Shown: positions 55,993-64,000 of the stretch, piece by piece
Layout of the letters: each line of letters opens with the position of its first letter
Numbering within the stretch: the stretch's first letter is position 1
From: the human T2T-CHM13v2.0 reference genome, Homo sapiens
Direction: 5' to 3' (one strand)
Assembly: GCF_009914755.1 (NCBI RefSeq)
Contig: NC_060937.1
DNA length: 64,000 nucleotides
Position numbers and translations under genes: made by a program
The notes under the pieces: model-generated
Seen by the model: only the letters and a program-made list of their open reading frames with translations
Told to the model about the DNA's origin: nothing
The model's database searches: none

Positions 55993-58399
55993 GTGACCTT
56001 AGCACAAGCAGTTTCATAGGCTTGATGAAAGTGAAAGCCAAACTGACCTGAATAAAGAGTGAAAGGAAAATGAGCAAAAGGAGATAGTAAGTGTGGAAAA
56101 TACTTGAGAAAAATTTGCCAAGAAAGGAGGAGATGACTTGATAGCTAGAAAGACACACAGAGTCAAAGTTAAGGTTCCTCCAAAATAGAATATATTTTAA
56201 ATGAAAAATTTATATTTAAATGCTGACAGAATGCATCAAGGAGAGAGACTGAAGATGCAGATGACAAATGGAAAAGCAATGAACAGAATCCCTGAAAAGT
56301 CAGGAAAAGAAGGGAGATTATTAGAGGGATGTCCTTTTACAGGAAGAGGAACAATTCCTCCACTGCCCCAGGATTTAAAAAGCTTATAAATTACAGGTAA
56401 CATTCTACCTAATTATAGAGCTTTATGCTTTTCAATAAATTTTATTGTACATAATACAGTCACTCTGTGAATTCAGTGAGACAGATAGTTATCCACATTT
56501 TACATAAAAAGAAAGAAAAGGCAGAAAAGAAGTGATTTGCTTGAAGTAACACAGAAATAGCTGGTAGAACCATGTACTGTGTAGATGGCAGGGCTCCTGA
56601 CTTCTCATTTCACACCAGAAATGTAGACAGAATTAGATATAATGACAGTTATTATATTTTTAAACCTTTCAAATAAGAATATCCTTAGAATTTCATTCAT
56701 TAACCAAGCTCAAAGCATGTGATTAGCATCTGAAAATGTTTTATTATACAATCACTAGACAGCAAAAGAGGTTTCCGTTTTCCTGTGTATTTGAAAGAGT
56801 TCAACAGCCCTAAGTCACACAGTTGGAGGAAACTCAAACAAGGGAAATTTCATTTGAAGTGATGAAATTAGCATGATGAAGTTTACAATACAAAGATTTT
56901 TGTTTCAAGACTCTGAGGTTTGGTAGGGAGGAAGGGGAAAGGCAGACGACACCAAATAAGACTGGTTGGAGAGGGGATGAGAAGCATCAATTAGAAAGCT
57001 CTTCAAATTCAAACGGACCATTCAAACCATCCTAGGACTAGACTCCAATTGGGAAAAACTCTGAAGGAAATGATCTCCTACTCCCACGAGATGGCTAACG
57101 TGATTTAGGTAAAAAGCTTTTAGTTTTATGGCTGGGGAGGTAGCAATAAAGAAAATGAACCTCCTGCCAGTGATTCTTTTTCAAGCTCTGCCAATCCCTG
57201 TGTCTGGGGAAGCTATAAAGAATGTCCAGCCTCATGTCAAAAGAATTGCCACAGATCTCCAGCTCACCTGCATTCAAGCATTGAAACATCCCTAAGCCTG
57301 TTCCCAGGCCAGCCTGGAACTGAGAATCCAGGAGAGCCTTTTCTGTTCTGCTGTTGCAGCTACACTATCTACTTGTTAGCATAACCAGGGCCACCAGAAA
57401 CACATGCTAGAGAAATACAGAGAGCAAAAATCAACAGCTGATGAAAAGCAGAATCTTTTCTTTTTGACAGCAATACCAATAGCATGAAGCACGTCCCTTT
57501 TGGAGCTTTCCAAACCAATTCAAAAGCGAGTTTTCTGGTGTGGATCAAGAAAGCTAGCCAAATTGCCCCTGAGAGCATAGCCACTGGCCAAGATATTGAT
57601 GACTGTAGGCAGCTCAGGACGCATCCTCGGCCCCGGTGCTGTCTTTCTCAGAGCTCTGTTTAATTCCATCAGGCACAGGCAGCATTTGGAGAAAGCTGTG
57701 TTGATTTTTGTGATCTTCAGCCAGCACAGAAGTGACCAGTTCCCTAGCTTCCCAGCACCGTCCTTCTCTTGCCCTGCCCCTTCATGGTCTCCCTGGGCTC
57801 ACTGGACCCAGACTTGCCTTTCACCCCTGTCAAAACCTCACAGTCCTGTGTGTCTGTTTCCCTTTGAACTACACAAACTAACTAATTTGGTGAACCTATT
57901 AAGTGAACTTCTTTATACTCATGGTCTAGAGTGCATTGAACGCTAAAGGGTTTGCTAGAGGTTGTCAAAATCAATTCTGTCTTCTTCCAACTGGACCAAG
58001 GCTTCTTTGAGTTAATAAAACTCTGAGAAATCTGAGTGGATTTTTCATAGTATCTTTTTCTATTCATTTGGGGTTTTTTTTGTTTGTTTTTTACTTTTCA
58101 TGGAGATTTTCCTTAATTTAACCCAAAAGATATACCCATATGACATTTCAACTAATATGAAAGAGATAGTAGGACAAAGAATTTGAAGACAGTCTTTCAG
58201 AGCCCCACAAAGTACTTGAAATTTATCAATAAACCCCTCCCGGTGCTTCCCACCATGTTCCACATTCCATCTCCATTTTAAGCCATGAAGCTTCAAGTGG
58301 CATCTCCTCCTGTGAAACCTACAGTTTGGAGATAAATTATTGATGACTAATGACTTAGAAGAACCAAAGAAAGGATCCTCTAGTGGAGACACAGCATGG

Positions 58400-58625
58400 A
58401 AATGGTGGTCCAGGGTGAGACGGAACTGCTTCCAATCCCAGTGCCACCTACGTGGTTCCAGCTGTGTGCTTCCCTTCCTCTAATCTTGTTTACTCGTCTC
58501 TAATACGGGACTAATAACATATACATCAGACTATTGTGAGGGTTGAATGTAACGATATTCCAAATTGTTGCATGTGTCCAGTACTTAACATAGTGCCAAG
58601 AACAAAACATGTATCAATAAGTATG
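58400..58625 (+). mobile_element. MIR fragment
   Basis: CTGTGTG...TAATAACATATACATCAGACTATTGTGAGGGTTGAATG...ACTTAACATAGTGCC. Confidence 0.55.
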
Positions 58626-59869
58626 AATAGCCTTCCCAGCGCACACCTCCAAACAATGGATTTCTGGCCGATGACAAGTAGTGGTTCCCAGCGGTCCTAC
58701 AGGTTATGGTTTAACTTACCACTAGCCAATGAGTAAGTTTGCCTCAGACCACATCACAATTCTTTTGCAAGCCTGGAGCTTGGTGAAAAACAAGGGGGAA
58801 AATAATCAATGTCCCTAAGGCAGATGCTGAAAGATTAACCTCATAACATAATTCTCTCACCAGACTTGTTTCCTGAATGTCTATTTAAATTTTAACTCTG
58901 CAAATAAAACAAAGTTGGTAATGAAGGTGATTAAGATGGTATTTGTCCAGGGAACGAATCTCCTCACAACATACCTAAGAAAGAGATATATGTACAGAAA
59001 ACGAAGCACAGTAAAATATCACTTCATTACTATCAGAGATTTTCCCCAAACACAGAGAAAGCTCTACAGAGCTGAGCTTAAGCCAGAACTCTGTTATTTG
59101 CTTGGCCTAATGCCAAAACAGGCCAGAGACCCCTTTCACCTACTTCTCTTTAATCCCAAACCTATGTCTTGCTTTGATCTAAGAAAGAGCCAAATGCCCA
59201 GGAGGCACCACGATAGAGAAAAGCAGCCAGCCGGAGAGTGGCCTCCATGCCAGGGGACTGTGTCTGAGCTTTGTTTTATTTTTCTTATTTGTCTGTAGTT
59301 GTGTGATTGGTAGAAGAGAGTAGATATGAAGTCTACTGACACAGGATTGGTCTTCAGGCATGTCTTACCAAGCATTTGGGGGAACAGAGGGGTTCCACAA
59401 ATAAGAGAGCAATGATCAGACTTTCTTCTAAAAGGAGCAGCCACAAGCTACCTTAACTCTCCAACTTGCCCATTAATCTTCACCTAGAGTTAGGAAGATT
59501 TCACCATTAGCTGTGGCCCATAAAAGATCCTTAAGCTTGACCAACCACAGAGGTCCATCTCCTTGAGGAGGAAGTGAAAGGGGTATGGACAGAAGCTGTG
59601 AGCTTTCTGTCCTCCGCAGGCCGCCAGCTGTGTCTTCTACTTATTGTACAAGATAGTCTCTAAATGATGTTTTCTGGCTGACAATGCCACAGAACTGATC
59701 CTTATCTCACTATGGATATGAAAGATTTAAAAGAATTTGTTGCCTGAAATATGGTGCCCTAATCACATATTAATAAAGCTGCTATCCAGAAAGAAGGCAG
59801 ATTTCAAAAGAAATGTTGTTAGCATTCTCAGGGACCTAAAAAGTACATATTGTAGAACAACGGTAAACA

Positions 59870-60070
59870 GATCTTGGAATCCGGTAGACTTTAATTCAAA
59901 CCCCAGCTATGCCACTTATTAACTTATGTGACATTGAGAAAGCCTCTCAAATTTAGATTTGCAAAATCAGAATAATGTAAGTAGCCAACAAATAGGGTTT
60001 AACGGAGGTAATAATGAAGGTTATTAAGATGATAAAATTAAACAGTGAATATAAAGTCCTTAGCATTTAA
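59870..60070 (+). mobile_element. MIR fragment
   Basis: TTCAAACCCCAGCTATGCCACTTATTAACTTATGTGACATTG. Confidence 0.6.
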
Positions 60071-60376
60071 TAAATTTATTATATGATTTCAAAGCACATG
60101 CTTTTACCTACAGTGCTATAAAACTGCTTGCAATAGTCAAAGTTAATAGAAGCTCTCGTCAGAGCTAATAGAAGCCTTGTATATGTAATTATTTAAGAAT
60201 TCTGTAAATATACACAATAGGGTAGGAACGAGAAAATCTTTAGAGGAAATATTCAAGTATGTTTGATTTCTAGCAAATCCAGATAGACAGTTTTGGCAAC
60301 AACCAAGTCATAATTTTAAGTCTTGTTATAGGAGCTAGAATTTTATTCAAGGGACAACTGATTTGATTAGATTAGA

Positions 60377-60726
60377 TGCTGTGCACTGCATGTTTCCTTC
60401 AACAAATGCACAAGTTGAAACTCTAACAATAGAATGGCATTAGAAGGAGGACCTTTGGGAAGTAATTTGGTTTTGATGAGGATGGAGTTCTCACAATGGG
60501 GTTAGCATCCTAATAAGAAGAGTAGGAGACTAGAGCCCTCTTCTCTCAGCCATGTGAAGATACAACAAGAACACCTGCAAACCAGTAAGAGGGCCTTCAC
60601 CAGACACTGGCTCTGCTGGCCCAGATTTTAATCTTTGAATTCCCACAACTGTGAGAAACAAGTATATGCTGTTTAAGCCACTCAGTCTACAGTTGTTTGT
60701 AGCAGCAGCCTGAGCAGACAAAGACA
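60377..60726 (+). mobile_element. MLT1A-like solo LTR
   Basis: GGCCTTCACCAGACAC...CCACAACTGTGAGAAAC...TTTAAGCCACTCAGTCTA...GCAGCCTGAGCAGACAAAGACA. Confidence 0.8.
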
Positions 60727-62096
60727 TAGGGTTCCTTTTATTTTCAGAATTCGGTTTACCTGTAATCACCTACCATCCTGAGATGCAGTTTCCTCCCTTG
60801 AAATATAAGCTCTGGGACTATAGCCTCATGGACAAATTCTGAAGAATTTGTCTCTGCTCTTGTGGGATGCTAACCTAACCAATCAAGGAATGTTTGCTCA
60901 ATGGAATGAAACATCTTAATGCAGCTCGCCAGCCCATATCTGCAAAGCACACCTCATGGGTTCTGGCTGGCTTGGATTTCTGAGACTACTTCATCCTACT
61001 CATCAAACTGTGGACTCAGATTCAGCCAGGAGGCCCAGATTCTAGCGTCAGTTTTGCCCTTGGGATACAAATGCACATCCTGCTTCACTGAACATGAAAC
61101 CCTGAATATTTGGCCATTACTCTGGCAATTGTCCTCTCTCCCTGTGCCAATTGCCAATCAACCCAACTCCCAGGCAGCTTTGGCAGTTATGTCTGCTTGG
61201 CCTGCTGTAGCAGCCAATGACTTAGTAAAAGTCAGAACATAGATCTGCTAGCTCCCAGTCCAGGATTTCCCCATAACTCGTCCATGTTTATATTAAACAA
61301 CTAGGTTTGCTTTCAAAATTCTTTTTCATTTAGCCTCTTCTTAGAACTTCTCATTTTGAGAATCCTGACCTGTCAATATTCCATAACCTTTCTGAAAGTG
61401 ACACAGCAAATACGATGTATGCACACTGCTAACTGCAGCTGATTTCATTTTCCAACATCTATAAAGCACATTAGGTAATTTCTAAACCAGCAGCAAAATC
61501 TATTTATAAAGAATGCTGATTTGTTTTCTGCATTTTCCAACACAGAGCTTCAATTTATTTCCTTACCATAAAAAAACATTACTTTTTAAAACAATCATAG
61601 TTAGTATATTTTATAAATGCTTTAATTTTTGTAAAGTCCAACTTGCAAATTGGAGTGTAAATAGCTTTCTTAAAATGGAAGGAACCGTGTTAGACCCAGT
61701 ATGCTGATTGATTATTTCACTGTGCTTCAAAGCAGACGATTTCACAGACATTGGGTATATAATGTAATGAGTTTTTATAAAGCAATTGATATTATTAAAA
61801 ATATAATTATAATAAATAAAATTATAGGGAAAAGGAAATCTTCATTCTGACAATGCTAAATTTTTTAACTAACTCACTGGTAAAAGATTATGTTTCTACA
61901 TGAAAAATTTTACACATTCTTTCTATGAAATAAACCTGATAACACCTTGAAAACTTCATAGTTATGGAAAAGGAACTACTGTGATTTTTTTTTAGAGAAT
62001 GTCATGTTCTTGATGTTCTTGAGTGAGCTGTCTCATGTTATTAGAAAGGAAACAGCAGCACCTTGTGGACAAACAAAGAAAGTGAATGAATTTTTA

Positions 62097-62385
62097 GGAC
62101 CCGGTGCGGTGGTTCAGGCCTGTAATCCCAGCACTTTGGGAGACTTGGGTGGAGGGTAACTTGAGCCCAAGAGTTCAAGACCAGCCTAGGCAACACAGTG
62201 ACACGCCGATCTTTACCAAAAATTGAAAAATTTGCTGGGCTTGGTGGCTCATATCTCAGGTCCCAGCTTCTTGTAAGGCTGAGGTGGGAGGATCGCTTAA
62301 GCCCAGGAGGTCAAGGCTGCAGTGACTGTGATCATACCACTGCATTCCAGCCTGGGTGACACAGCAAGACCCTATTTCAAAAAAG
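62097..62385 (+). mobile_element. AluJ
   Basis: GGATCGCTTAAGCCCAGGAGGTCAAGGCTGCAGTG. Confidence 0.88.
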
Positions 62386-62446
62386 GTATATTTATGTGGC
62401 ACTTTCTACAAGGAATATAGTATCATGTTTGTATTTAAATGACATC

Positions 62447-62753
62447 AGGACCAGCATGGTGGCTTACACATGTAATCTCAGCTCCTCAGATGGTGGAAGG
62501 CAGGAGGATTGCTTGAGGCCAGGAGTTGGAAGACCAGCCTGGGCAGCATAATGAAACCCCCATTTCTACAAAAATAATAATAGTAATCAAAAGCTAGGCG
62601 TGCTGGCACACACCTGCAGACCTAGCTGCTGTGGAGGCTGAGTGGAAGGATAACATTGAGCTCAGGAGTTTGATTGTATTGTGTATTGTGAGGTACGATC
62701 TAGCCACTCCACTCCAGACAACACGGCAAGACCCAGTCTCTAAACAAAATAAA
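62447..62753 (+). mobile_element. Diverged AluJ
   Basis: GGATTGCTTGAGGCCAGGAGTTG...CCACTCCACTCCAG. Confidence 0.8.
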
Positions 62754-63167
62754 GGGACATCAGAGTATTGTTTATAGAGATTTGTAAATGATCCCAAAAT
62801 ATCTTCAGAGAGATAAATCATCTAAGTATAGCTATATCGACTCTTCCTAAATTCTAAATTTGTGTGGGAACAATAAATGAGATAGAAGACTTCTTGAAAT
62901 GTATCAAGACTCAGAAAGACAAAACAAAAACTTTCATTAGGCAGTATCAAGAATGTTCATTAATGCTATTTCTAATTTATGATACGATCATCTAAAGAGG
63001 AAATCCCAGCAACAAGGGGCCAAAGGAAAGGGAAAAGAAATGAAAACAAGGACCATACTTTCTCCACATCCAACCTCTTCTCTACCACCTCTCAGCAAGA
63101 CCTCCCACACCCAATCACTGCTTTTTCTTGCGGACTTACCCTCTACTCTGTGAACACATGAGCCAGA

Positions 63168-63628
63168 GAACCCTGAGAAGTCCCTGAGTCCCTTCCAGGG
63201 GCTCTGCAAGGTCAAAAGTCTTTTCATAAAAATACACAGGTTTTGTTTACCTTTTCCACTTTCCTTGTCTCTCAAGTATAATTGGAGTTTCCCAGAAGCT
63301 ACCTGACATGTGATGTCAAAAGAAATTAAATGTAGAAGTAGAAAGGAGAACAAGTTTTCTTCTATTAAACCAGACATTAAAGACATACCTAAAAATATAA
63401 AACAATGTCACTGTTCTCACAAACTTTATTGCTTAAAAATGATAATTTTAAATAAAAATGTGATTTATGTAAACATATAAGTATATATTTTTTAATTTCT
63501 CAGTTTTAATGTTTACTATGATAAATATAGATAGACATAATCCAAATAAATAAAAGCTCTTTGGGGTCCTCAATAACTTTTAAAAATGTAAAGTGTTCCT
63601 GACACCAAAAATTTGAGGACTGATGAGC
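63168..63628. mobile_element. hAT-Charlie-like DNA transposon remnant
   Basis: CCCTTCCAGGGGCTCTGCAAGGTCAAAA...AAAGCTCTTTGGGGTCCTCAATAA...AAAATTTGAGGACTG. Confidence 0.6.
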
Positions 63629-63794
63629 TAAATCTCATACCCTTTGTTGTAGCTTCCACCCAGGTCATTTCTTAAATACTTGATCAATAATTTCCCCATG
63701 TCCCTCACCCTATCCTTGTTGCAAAATTCCATTTTCCTACTCCAGCCCTCCCTGTCATGGGAAAGTTCCCAGGTTGTAGACATGATTTACTAAA

Positions 63795-64000
63795 TCTTTC
63801 TTAACAGCTTTATCATGATAACATGACATATACAAATTGTGTAAATTTAAGGTAACTTAATGTTTTGATATTTCTATACTTTTTGAAACGATCACCACAA
63901 TCAAGCAAATTAGCATATTATCTCTACATATTTACCATTGTGTGTGTGTTGACAGTAATTAATTTATGATCTAGTCCTTTAGCAGAACACAAGAATATGA
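63795..64000 (-). mobile_element. L1M 3' end running off the window
   Basis: CAGCTTTATCATGATAACATGACATATACAAATTG...ATCACCACAATCAAGCAAATTAGCATA. Confidence 0.65.

Noticed and set aside
56200-62000. Short ORFs (e.g. 57596-57946, 58915-59298) in unique sequence
   Set aside because: No recognisable domains, CpG island or consistent exon structure.

Overview
Primate (human or great-ape-like) pericentromeric transition zone. No intact protein-coding gene is visible. Bases 1-~20235 are diverged alpha satellite of 171-bp monomers with no CENP-B box. It falls into at least three sequence layers and is interrupted by three young, 5'-truncated L1PA2/3 insertions. An abrupt junction then leads into an L1/Alu-dense block (20.2-34.6 kb). 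This block contains a full-length, dead L1PA4-like element whose ORF1 is split by a younger L1 carrying a 3' transduction. The rest looks like old chromosome-arm DNA rich in L2, MIR, MLT1 and hAT elements. It also holds a 43-bp VNTR, a TSD-flanked non-coding retrocopy, a Ricksha (MULE) element with transposase remnants and nested FLAM/THE1/Alu insertions, and a 7SL pseudogene with an internal minisatellite. Highlights are a 144-bp target-site duplication, the nested L1 transduction, fossil 4/5-mer periodicity in the 'monomeric' alpha satellite, the 7SL-derived ZIC/CTCF-like motif array and the orphan retrocopy. Subfamily names come from recalled consensus features and were not checked by database search. 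Boundaries of old repeats are approximate.
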